Made by a program: the position numbers and the translations under genes. Source: Chiloscyllium plagiosum (lineage: Eukaryota). Taken from it: a stretch of 29,406 nucleotides of DNA. The DNA lies in the NCBI RefSeq assembly GCF_004010195.1, contig NC_057756.1:4823164-4852569 (forward strand), given 5' to 3'. Positions 11,080-21,254 of this stretch are shown here, one piece after another; within the stretch, counting starts at the first letter, position 1; each line of letters starts with the position of its first letter. A model generated the notes under the pieces. That model was not told the DNA's origin and ran no database searches. It was given only the letters and a program-made list of their open reading frames with translations.

Positions 11080-13630
11080 CCACATACATCCAGGGAAGTC
11101 ATTTGGGTGGAACTGAGAAATAAGGAAAGGATGATCACCTTATTGGGATCGTATTATAGACCCCCCTAATAGTCAGAGGGAAATTGAGAGACAAACTTGT
11201 AATAGGGTGGTTATGGTAGGGGATTTTTAAACTTTCCAAACATAGACTGGGGACTGCCATCGTGTTAAGGGTTTTGATGGAGAGGAATTTATGTTCTGAT
11301 TCAGTCTGTGGATGTACCAAGTAGAGAAGGTGCAACCTACTCTTGGGAAATAAAGCAGGGCAGGTGACGGAGGTGTCAGTGGGGGAGCACTTTGGGGCCA
11401 GCGACCATAATTCTAGTAGATTTAAAATAGTGATGGAAAAGGATAGACCAGATCTAAAAGTTGAAGTTCTAAATTGGAGAAAGGCCAATTTTGATGATAT
11501 TAGACAAGAACTTTCAAAAAGCTGATTGGGGGCATATGTTGACAGGTGAAGTGATAGCTGGAAAATGGGAAGCCTTCAGAAATGTGATAACGAGAATCCA
11601 GAGAAAGTATATTCCTGTCAGGCTGAAAGGGAAGGCTGGTAACTATAAGGAATGCTGGATGACTAAAGAAATTGAGGGTTTGGTTAAGAAAAAGAAGGAA
11701 GCATATGGCAGGTATAGACAGGATAGATCGAGTGAATCCTCAGTAGAGTAAAAAGGAGTATATTTAAGAGGGAAAAAAGGGACTTGAGATAGCTTTGGCA
11801 AATAGAATTAAGGAGAATCCAAAGGGTTTCACAAATACATTAAGAACAAAAGGGTAACTAGGGAGAGAACAGGGCCCCTCAAAGATCAGCAAGGCGGCCT
11901 TTGTGTGGAGCCGCAGAAAACGGGGAAGATACTAAATGAGTATTTTGCATCAGTATTTACTGTGGAAAAGGACATGGAAGATATAGAATGTAGGAAAATA
12001 GATGGCAACATCTTGAAAAATGTCCATATTACAGAGGAGGAAGTGCTGGATGTCTTGAAATGCATAAACGTGGATAAATCCCCAGGACCTGATCAGGTGT
12101 ACCCAAGAACTGTGGGAAGCTAGGGAAGTGATTGCTGGGCCTCTTGCTGAGATATTTGTATCATCGATAGTCACAGGTGAGGTGCCGGAAGACTGGAGGT
12201 TGGCGAATGTGGTGCCACTGTTTAAGAAGGGTGGTAAGGACAAGCCAGGGAACTATAGACCAGTGAGCCTGACCTCGGTGGTGGGCAAGTTGTTGGAGGG
12301 AATCCTGAGGGACAGGATGTATTTGGAAAGGCAAGGACTGATTAGGGATAGTCAACAATGGCTTTGTGCGTGGGAAATCATGTCGCACAAACTTGATTGA
12401 GTTTTTTAAAGAAGTAACAAAAAGGATTGATGAGGGCAGAGCGGTAGATGTGATCTATATAGTCTTCAGCAAGGCATTTGACAAGGTTCCCCATGGGAGA
12501 CTGGTGAGCAAGGTTAGATCTCATGGAATACAGGGAGAACTAGCCATTTGGATACAGAACTGGCTCAAAAGGTAGAAGACCTTTTTGAAAGGTGGTGGTG
12601 GAGGGTTGTTTTTCAGACTGGAGGCCTGTGACCAGTTGAGTGCCACAAGGATCGGTGCTGGGTCCTCCACTTTTCATCATTTATGTAAATGGTTTGGATG
12701 AGAGCATAAGAGGTATAGTTAGTAAGTTTGCCGAAGACACCAAAATTGGAGGTGTGGTGGACAGCAAAGGTTATCTCAGGTTACAATAGGATCTTGACCA
12801 GATGGGCCAATGGGCTGAGAAGTGGCAGATGGAGTTTAATTCAGATAAATGGGAGGTGCTGCATTTTGGGAAAGCAAATCTTAGCAGGACTTATACACTG
12901 AATGGTAAGGTCCTAGGGAGTGTTGCTGAACAAAGAGACCTTGGAGTGCAGGTTCATAGCTCCTCGAAAGTGGATTCGCAGGTAGAAAGGATAGTGAAGA
13001 AGGTGCTTGGTATACGTTCTTTTATTGGTCAGAATATTGAGTACAGGAGTTGGGAGGTCATGTTGCGGCTGTACAGGACATTGGTTAGGCCACTGTTGAA
13101 ACTGTGTGCGCAATTCTGGTCTCCTTCCTAATGGAAAGATGTTGAAAGGGTTCAGAAAAGATTTACTAGGATGTTGCCAGGGTTGGAGTACTTGAGCTAT
13201 AGGGAGAGGCTGAATAGGCTCGGGCTGTTTTCCCTGGAGCGTCGGAGGCTGAGGGATGACCTTATAAGTCATGACGGGCATGGATAGGGTAAATAGATGA
13301 GGTCTTTTACCCAGGGTTCAGGGGGGCAGGGTCCAAAGCGAGCAGGCATAGGTTTAGGGTGAGGGGAGAAGATATGAAAGAGACCCAAGGGGCAACTTTT
13401 TCCACAGAGGATGGTATGTGTATGGAATGAGCTGCCAGAGGATGTGGTGGAGGCTGGTACAATTGCAACATTTAAGAGGGATTTGGATAGGTATATGAAT
13501 AGGAAGGGTTTGGAGGTATATGGGCCGGGTGCTGGCAGATAGGACTAGATTGGGTTGGGATATCTGGTTGGCATGGACAGGTTGGACTAAAGGGTCTGTT
13601 TCCGTGCTGTACATCTTTATGACTCTATGA
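11080..13630 (+). mobile_element. 5'-truncated CR1 LINE (APE to 3' end), degenerate
   Basis: IWVELRNK, YYRPP, EHFGASDHN, LNEYFASVFT, KSPGPDQVYP, PEDWRLANVVPLFKKG, NYRPVSLTS, FSKAFDKVPH, QRDLGVQVH, QFWSP; 3' end ...gggtctgtttccgtgctgta...tatgactctatga. Confidence 0.9.
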
Positions 13631-14290
13631 AGCGGTCCTTTTGGACAAAGAGAGAGAGGTCAAGAGTGTGAACATGATGACATCTGGCAATAAATGGGGA
13701 TCTCAGGATGTGGTGAGGATAGGTGACGAAGGAATGTTGACTATCATGGAAGCACCAGTGATTCTGGGTGGACTCAAAACTTGAACTGGATTCCATGTTG
13801 GGTGAGTCTGAGCCAGAGGCAGTCACTGAGGAACATGATGTGGCTGTGGAAACGGGTTTTCGCAAATACATTGTAAAACACCAGGAGTGACAACGAAATT
13901 AATGACTGGAAGGAAATCCTGTCAGAGACAGGAGCAGAATTTCTTCAAGGAGGGTATGCCTGAAGAGATGGGGCTGAGTTAGACATGACTATGATGTATA
14001 GCAAGTTGAAGAATTTCCTGGTCAGCCATTCTGCTCATATTTGGTACTTTTCTGAAGGGGGGGGGGGGTGTTGCAGAAGTGGGAGGGGTAAATTGGATAG
14101 CACAGTTGATGTTTGGGGGGGGGAAGAAAAAAAAAGAGAGCACGCAGGACAGCAGAGGGAAGGGGGCAGATTAAGGTGAGGCTACAATGAGGTGCATGTT
14201 TTGGGAGCACGGAAGGCACTGGAGAAGGAGAGAGGGTAAGGAATTCCAACATGGAAATGGACAGAGAAAGAGCTCTCAATACATACGAAC

Positions 14291-14588
14291 CTTCTGGTGG
14301 TGGTTTGAACCAATAGCCTTCCTTGAGCTTGCTGATACATCGCCTCCACAGTCCAATGGTGCCATTGTACATGATGAGTGCCCGGGAGTACATGTACTCA
14401 TCGCTGTCCTCACGATCAAACTCCTCACTACTCGGCTGCAGCTCAGTGCTGTTCATCTCCGAAAGGCTGGGCCGGCTCCTGTACTCATACCAGTGGTCAG
14501 TACCAATGGCAGCAGCAATGTACACTGCAGAGATCAGGGCCAGGACGCTGCCAATCACCAACGCCGTGGCAAAACGATTGTCCACCAT
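14291..14588 (-). CDS. cldnd1: Claudin domain-containing protein 1-like, first coding exon (about 99 codons + 1 nt, phase-1 donor); partial CDS
   Basis: The translation MVDNRFATALVIGSVLALISAVYIAAAIGTDHWYEYRS...YNGTIGLWRRC...WFKPPPE closely resembles the vertebrate CLDND1 N-terminus as recalled ([37 protein letters not shown]...YNGTVGLWRRC), with TM1 and the claudin/PMP22 W...GLW..C motif. The start context gcgATGg is strong. The acceptor ctttgtgcccttgctcccacag| puts the exon start at 14614, and the donor GAAG|GTTCGT lies at 14291/14290. The ORF-track extension past 14291 is intronic read-through. Confidence 0.92.
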
Positions 14589-14724
14589 CGCACCAGTGGG
14601 TCAGCATGTGCCAACTGTGGGAGCAAGGGCACAAAGCTTAGCATTAAAGGACAGGGGAATGACAGAAAGACAGATCTTGCAGCAAAGGGAGGAAGCAAAC
14701 ATGAATGCTGGATAGAGAACGATA

Positions 14725-14745
14725 GTGTGTGTGTGTGTGTGTGTG
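14725..14745. repeat. (GT)n microsatellite
   Basis: Direct reading; lies about 110 bp into the intron upstream of the cldnd1 acceptor. Confidence 0.9.
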
Positions 14746-15632
14746 AATGATGTAATGGATTGCAAGGACGAATGACAGCAATGTCAGCGGGGGGGGGGAG
14801 AGAGGCGGGAGGAGAAATAAAAGTCAGCAGGATCGACAAAAGGCTCCCACAGCACAGAATAAGAGCGCAGGCACAAGTCAGACAGAACAAATGTGAGTGA
14901 ACTGCACAGATTGCTGTATCACTCACGTGCAAGGTGAATAGACAGACATAGGCACATGACCAAATGCAGCAAACAGTCAAAAGGTCGTCACAACGGCACA
15001 CAATCACTCCATCACTGCTCTCACCTCTTTTCTGACCACCCTTCCCATTCTCTTCCAGATATCCTGCACGACAAAGCTCTAATCCTTCCCCATTAACATT
15101 CATCAGAATTCTTGGTGCCTGGCTGCTGCTCAGACCACAGCCACAAACCCCTCACCTTTTGAAATAGGGAGCAGGGCAAACCAGTTAAAGTCAAAAGCAA
15201 GGAAACTCGTCCTTGCCAAATAGATTTCCAAAACTAGTCCCAATTGCCTGACTCTGGCCTATATACCTCTAAACCTTTTGTAGGATTGAAACAAGGTCAA
15301 CACAATGAATCTCAGAATGAGCGTCCTGATTGGGGTTGTTAACCTGCCAGAAAAGAGAACGTACTTTCAACATTCACCTTGTCAAGGGGCCCAGATCTTA
15401 TGTTTCAATCAAGTCACCTCTGATCCATCTGCCCTTCATGAAATACAAGCCAGATCTGTCCTCTACCTACCTCTTACAGGTATTAGTCTAGGAACCCTTC
15501 TCCAAACTACTCCTCATGCATTGACATCCTTCTTTAAATAGGTTTCCTTGCATTCCAACAGCTACCAGAGCCATAAAAAGCTCAGACATACAGTCAGGCT
15601 ATGAAACTCATCACGTGAACCCAAGTGCTTCC

Positions 15633-15737
15633 CTGAAGTAGGGTCACCGGACCAGAAACTGACTCTGCTTTCTCTCTACAGATGCTGCCAGACCCACTGA
15701 GTGTGGCACACAATTTCTGATTTACAGCATCTGCAGT
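15633..15737 (+). mobile_element. PLE 3'-end fragment with degenerate hammerhead
   Basis: CTGAAGTA-GGGTC-ACCG-GACCA-GAAAC followed by gatgctgccagacc...cagcatctgcag. Confidence 0.5.
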
Positions 15738-16024
15738 TGTCTCTCTCTCTCTCTCTGCAGGCAGCCCTAACCTGAAGCATTCATGTGCCCATGAGGGGGT
15801 TGGGCTGTTCTATCGAACGACTATGTTTAAGGCTGGCACAACATTACAAGTACCAAAAGCAAGGCACCTGCGCACCCAGACCGCTGCAACTTGTTCAGCT
15901 TGACACAGCAGGGCCGAGACTGAAAAGCGATGGGGCAAATATCTCAAAACAGGAGGAATATACAGCACTCTTTCCAAGCTTTGGTTTTGGCCAAGTCCTT
16001 TACTTGCTTGAGACGGTCTAGGAT

Positions 16025-16200
16025 TAGAGCGGTGCTGGAGAAGCACAGCAGGCCAGGCAGCATCCAAGGAGCAGGGGGGGGAAAAAAAAAAATCAACGTT
16101 TCAGGCAAAAGCCCTTGATCAGGAATTGAGGCAGGGAGCCTGCAGAGTGGAGAGATAAATGAGAAGGGTTTCCAGCATCTGCAGTCCTTGTTTTTATTTT
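16025..16200 (-). mobile_element. Neptune-like PLE terminus with hammerhead motif (core CTGATCA) plus short inverted tip
   Basis: Minus strand reads CCTGATCAAGGGCTTTTGCCTGAAACGTTG at 16094-16123; plus-strand ttccagcatctgcagtcctt at about 16170-16190. Confidence 0.6.
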
Positions 16201-16426
16201 GTTTGGGAAGGTCACCAGGGAGGAAAGGGTGGAAAAAACCTGACACATTGGCACTCCCACTCTGAATGGACAAGTATCTAGCTCCTGCACACCCACCTTG
16301 GGGACACTCCCTGGACAATATGGGGACTTCCCTGCTCAACACTGCCATTGACCTTTCACCTCCTCACCATGACCTTGGTTAACCTCCCTGCCTCAGAAGC
16401 CCGTTGTCTGTCTGTCACTCACTCAC

Positions 16427-16520
16427 CTTCTCACAACCCAACACTTAAAGGTCCGCTCTTCACCCCCGCCCCACTTCCGGTCGTCCAGGAGTTCTTCCGG
16501 TGACGCTACCTGCTGACCCA
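16427..16520 (-). other. cldnd1: Probable non-coding first exon of cldnd1 (5' boundary uncertain)
   Basis: Consensus donor GAAG|GTGAGT on the minus strand (plus actcac 16421-16426) at the edge of a CpG-rich segment, about 1.8 kb upstream of the acceptor at 14614. Confidence 0.6.
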
Positions 16521-17025
16521 AGTCGTGGCACCGCCCATTTTAACGTCACCCAGCGGTTTCGACTGTTACGTCACAGGACGCGGCTCCCCCTCATCTCGCG
16601 CCAGCCCCGGCCGATTCGTGCCCACGACGACATCGCGCCCCGCCCCCTTCCATCCCAGCCGCGCCCCCTCCTTCCCCCACCCCCCAACCCACCCACGTGA
16701 CGCCTGGCCNNNNNNNNNNNNNNNNNNNNNNNNNNNNNNNNNNNNNNNNNNNNNNNNNNNNNNNNNNNNNNNNNNNNNNNNNNNNNNNNNNNNNNNNNNN
16801 NNNNNNNNNNNNNNNNNNNNNNNNNNNNNNNNNNNNNNNNNNGCTCAGCCCCGCCCCCTCCTTGGCACTCAGTCCCGCCCCCTCCCATTTCAGCCCCGCT
16901 CCACCCCTTTCAGCCACGCCCCTGACACTCAGCCCTGCCCTGTGGCACTCAGCTCCGCCCTCTGGCACCTAGCTCCGCCCTCTGGCACCTAGCCCCGCCC
17001 CCTGGCACCGAGCCCCGCCCACCAT
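16450..17025 (-). promoter_or_regulatory. CpG-island-like housekeeping promoter of cldnd1
   Basis: High CpG and GC content in an otherwise CpG-poor window. ETS sites CACTTCCGG (16472-16480) and CTTCCGG-TGACG (16494-16505), CRE-like TTACGTCA (16566-16573), E-box CACGTGAC (16694-16701) and many GC boxes. Confidence 0.7.
16843..17022. repeat. About 20-bp GC-box minisatellite (ctggcacYNagccccgcccc-like), about 9 visible units, abutting an assembly gap
   Basis: Direct reading of tandem units such as tctggcacctagctccgccc x2 and cctggcaccgagccccgccc. Confidence 0.8.
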
Positions 17026-17264
17026 GTCACTCTGAACAAGTTGAGGATGGTCTGGGTGCCACAGATCTCTTGCTTTCCACTCCACGCCCTCACTTGTTGC
17101 ATGTTGGCCTTACCCATTTACGTTTCCAGTTTCAGATTTACATAAACTGCCACCTGTTCCACCATGGCGGACCCAGGGCTGAAGAACTAAAGTCCAGGGT
17201 GGGGCACTAGTACTTGCACCGATCAACTCATCCAGAATCTCTTAAATACTGAATTTCTCTGTCA

Positions 17265-17472
17265 CCCCTCCATGGCAGACAGTGAAATCTGAATCCGTTA
17301 AAACTCTGGCCTAATGGTGATCATATAACTACCATCAATTCTCATGAAACCCCGTTGAAACACAATTGTCCTTGAGGGAGGAAAATCTGCCACTTCTACC
17401 TGGTATTGACTGCAGCAATGTGTTTGTCCCCAAAGCACTGGGCACTTAAGGACAGTCAATAAATTCTGGCCT
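17265..17472 (+). mobile_element. Old degenerate SINE-like interspersed repeat
   Basis: Resembles, from memory, a common shark repeat (…gtcctt.agggaaggaaatctgcc…cagcaatgtg…caataaat.ctggcct); not verified. Confidence 0.35.
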
Positions 17473-18126
17473 CAACTGTTTGTGTTGGGAAGGCTGTGAA
17501 CCACATCTATATTGGTTGTGGATGATTGTACGCTTTAGTTCTCTTTAAAAAGATTTGTTCTTTTGGTGTCCCTTCAGTTCCACGCTCTTGACATTTGGGC
17601 ACCTGGAGAAGGGCAAGTCAGAGGACCTCCTCTTGGGTGTGCCCTTGGAGCTGGCTAAAATTGCCATCAACCAGAGCAGGCAGCGGGATATGGAGGGGCT
17701 TAATAGTTCCCAACTGCCTGCCCCTCTTTTGTGACTATGTTCATGCCTGGATGCCCTTGGAGAGAGAGCATGGAGGTGCTTCTTTGAGTGCCAGCAGCTT
17801 CTCCAGATTCCCAGTTACACCAGAAACATTGACTTTGCCACCTGCTGATGCTGCCTGGGTTGCTATTATTCCATCCCCCTGCTTATCTACCTTGGATTCC
17901 AGCATCTGCAATTTTCTTGTCTCCAACAAAGCTTGACCAGCAGCTGCAAACAAAACAGCTCGTTTAAACCAAACCCTGAACTAGGAGAAATGATGATTTC
18001 CCCTTTCATTGTACACGTGTTTTAAAAAACATTTCAAAGTTTTTTTCAAGTAGAAATTTCCAGACATATTAGAACCTCTGTCTTTACAATCCCTCTGAAA
18101 GAAAAACCGAGGACAACATAACCTTG

Positions 18127-18884
18127 TGTGAGAAATAAAACTCACATATTAATAAATTACAGTCCGAGTCAAATTCTGAAGCAGCGAATTTTATTGATAC
18201 GTACTTGCAAGAACGGGTGCCTAACGAGTAAGCACACCGATCTGAGGGTAACATTCTGATTTATGCTGTTCAACTGCATCTCTCGGTCCTCCCCTTTCAC
18301 CCCATTGATAACTGTAGCGCGTAGCCTATCACAAGCTCTCGCTTCGCTTCACCTTTGTCTAGCTTCTCTCCACCTCTGTTTACTTCTCCCATGACTCTAA
18401 GCCTGTCACCCCTTACTCTTATTTATCTCATTTCTTATATGTGTCTATCCTGGCATAGTTTGCTGTCTTTGTGCAATCATCCTGCCAAACTAAATTCCAT
18501 CCGTTGGCCACATCCCCCCTGTGACTGGCACACTATTCTCCTGTTACTGGTACACCCTGCTCCACGGTTGCTCTGCCCTATTAGTCATAGATAATTCGGC
18601 CTGTTTTCGCTTCTCCTATTTTCCTATGTCTGGTACATCCTGCTCCATAATTGCTCTGCCCTATTAGTCAGAGATAATTCTACCTGTTTTTGCTTCTTTC
18701 TGTTTTCCTATGCCTGGTACATCCCGCTTCGCGATGGCTCTGCCTTATTAGTCATAGATAATTCTATCTGTTTTCGCTTCTCACTGTTTAGTATTTGCAT
18801 GCGCAGCCTAATTTTATAATGTAAGCTTTTGCAGAAGCAATACCTGTTCCCTTATTCTGCACAATTTTAACCCTATACCTTACA
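18127..18884 (-). mobile_element. Solo LTR (758 bp)
   Basis: Begins TG and ends CA with near-inverted termini TGTGAG/CTTACA. Perfect 5-bp TSD ccttg (18122-18126, 18885-18889). Minus-strand AATAAA at about 18190-18195 and three 83-84-bp U3-type direct repeats at 18547-18789. Confidence 0.8.
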
Positions 18885-19314
18885 CCTTGTTAAAGTACCA
18901 GCATCGTTACACAGGTGTAAGGTGAAGACGGGGCACGTGGTTCCATGCTTTATGGAGAGGCCGCAGGAAGGGATGGCACAGAGATGCACCATGGTCCTCC
19001 CCCAGAACGGGCAGAGGAGGGCACCATGCTAGACTGAGCCAGCCGAGTTCGAGTTTGCCAGCATTGTTCCCTCCAAACCGTGCAACTTCGGGAGGTTCAA
19101 CACGTGTCGATTGGTGTGCCAACATATTGGCCTCCACTTCCGGAGGCCTCTGCTCCCCAAGGACTTCCCAGGTCCCCGGATAAAATTAGAGGAATCGTTG
19201 GTGGCAGCCCAAGGAGGTTGAATCCAGAGTGTCGAAGGGAGGGCAGTGACATTCGCCATTCCACCAGCATTAAGTGCTACCATCTTCTCTCCAAGACCTT
19301 GTACTCGCTAATTT

Positions 19315-19805
19315 CAACAAGACCTGGGTGTCCTGGTGCACCAGACACTGAATGTACACATGCCAGTGCAGCAGGCAGTAACTGTATGTTGGCCTTCAAA
19401 GTGAGAGAATTCAAGTAGAGGAACAAGAATGACATGAGGGCATTATTGAGGCCATACCTAGAAAATTGTGTATTGCTTTGGTCTCTGTAGCTCAGGAAGG
19501 ATGTTTTTGCTAAACAGGGAGTGCAGCAATGGTTTTCTGAATTGATTCTGAGGAATTCCAGGACTAACATTTGATGAGGTTGAGTCGGTTAAGATTGTAT
19601 TCACTGGAGTTTAGGACAAAGGGATGGTGGGATCTCACAGAAACCTCTAACAGTACCAGATGGGCTAGGCACAGAAAGGATGTTCCCAATGGCAGGGAGT
19701 CCAGAACCAGGACTCATAGTGTAAGAATAAGGGGTAAACTTTATAGGACTGAAATGAAGAGAAATTACAAAGTTGAAAGCATGTACTGTACCTTTAAGAC
19801 AGAGT
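19315..19805 (+). mobile_element. Old CR1-type LINE 3' fragment
   Basis: Degenerate DLGVLVH, RPYLENCV..WS, LYSLEFR and RTR.HS.RIRG segments. Confidence 0.6.
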
Positions 19806-20424
19806 GAATGTTGTTTTAAACTGGGACATTACAAGTAAGGATCTAAAGTTTGAATTTAGGCTGTTGTCAGAAGCAACAAGTATATGTGGATTTTTATTAA
19901 CCACAAAATGGCTTTTCAATTTAAAGTTGCACAACAAAATGGCTGCAAAGTATAATTTGACTTTGTGAACCTGTACTGCTGAATTAAGCTAAAATAGAAG
20001 ATAAAACAATGGATTTTTCACAATATGAATCATAAGACAGTGATTTAGTATTTGAACTAACCTTGGACTAGCAAGCCTGGGATGACTTTGCACGTAAAAC
20101 AATCTGTTTCTCAGGAAATACCATTGGATTAACCTGCTGTAAATCATGTCACCTTATTATAAGTGATTGGCCTTTTCTTGTAATTAAGGCTCTTAAAAAT
20201 TTTTGTATGTAATTGTGCCATTTCTCCACGTAACACGGAAGCTTTTAACTTCTGTATTGCAGGGTAAATCTGTGCCGGGCTGCCTTAATTTATTAAACTG
20301 GTAACCTTGTTTTAAACAAACCATACTCCTCGTGATTCCTTTGACCGATCTTGAACCAAGAGACCCCTTTGGAGGGGTCCATATCTTCACAAGTACCTGT
20401 GCGTATGACAAGCACCTGTGTGTA

Positions 20425-21250
20425 TGAGGTCAGACTAACTGGTCTATAATTTCCTGCTTTCTCTCTCCCATCTTTCTTAAAAAGTGGTATAACATTAGCC
20501 ACCCTCCAATCCGCAGGAACTGATCCCGAATCTATCGAACTCTGGAAAATAATCACCAACACATCCACGATTTCTCGAGCCACCTGCTTCAGTACCCTGG
20601 GATGTAGACCATCAGGCCCTGGGGACTTATCAACCTTCAGACCTAGCAGTCTCTCCAACACCAATTCCTCGCAAATATAAATTCCCTTCAGTTCAGGTCC
20701 TTCAGCCACCGTTGCCTCAGGGAGATTGCTTGTGTCTTCCCCAGTGAACATGGATCTGAAGTACCAATTCAATTCTTCTGCCATTTCTTTGTTCCCTGTA
20801 ATATATTCCCCTGTTTTGCTTGTGTCTTCCCCAGTGAACACAGATCTGAAGTACCAATTCAATTCTTCTGCCATTTCTTTGTTCCCTGTAATATATTCCC
20901 TGTAATATATTCCCCTGTTTCTGTCTTCAAGGGCCCAATTTTAGTCTTAACCATTTTTTTGCCTTTCACATACCTAAAAATACTTTTACTACCCTCCTTT
21001 ATAATATTGGCCAGTTTACCTTCGTACCTCATTTTTTCTCTGTGTATTTCCTTCTTAGTAATCCTCTGTTGTTCTTTAAAAGCTTCCCAGTCCTCCGTTT
21101 TACCACTTATCTTTGCTATGTTATACTTTTTCTCTTTTAGCTTTATATGTTTCTTAACTTCCCTCATCAGCCACGGCCACCCATGCCTCCTCTTAGGATC
21201 TTTCTTCCTTTTTAGAATGAACTGATCCTGCAACTTCTGCATTATACACA
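20425..21250 (-). mobile_element. CR1 ORF2 fragment containing a 90-bp in-frame tandem duplication
   Basis: KSPGPDGLHPRVLK, VPADWRVANVIPLFKK, NYRPVSLTS; duplicated unit at 20726-20815 / 20816-20920. Confidence 0.85.
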
Positions 21251-21254
21251 GAAA

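Noticed and set aside
10933..11169. ORF with PGNSSESG resembling CLDND1 exon 3 (PGNHNSG)
   Set aside because: It is on the wrong strand relative to the gene and is built from a PLE fragment plus CR1 sequence.
14281..14290. Alternative donor TTC|GTATGT 4 nt downstream
   Set aside because: It has a poor exonic context and would change the intron phase; GAAG|GTTCGT is preferred, though not proven.
14187..15103. Overlapping ORFs of 130-187 aa antisense or upstream to the cldnd1 exon
   Set aside because: No recognisable homology. They are shadows of the real exon or run through microsatellite and poly-G intron sequence.
2024..16123. Hypothesis that hammerheads on the cldnd1 sense strand were selectively inactivated
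   Set aside because: All minus-strand copies are mutated, but so are most plus-strand copies, and several changes are ordinary CpG decay. The numbers are too small.
19060..19202. Possible MITE (cattgttccctc...agaggaatcgttg imperfect inverted ends)
   Set aside because: The inverted match is short and degenerate and no TSD could be identified.
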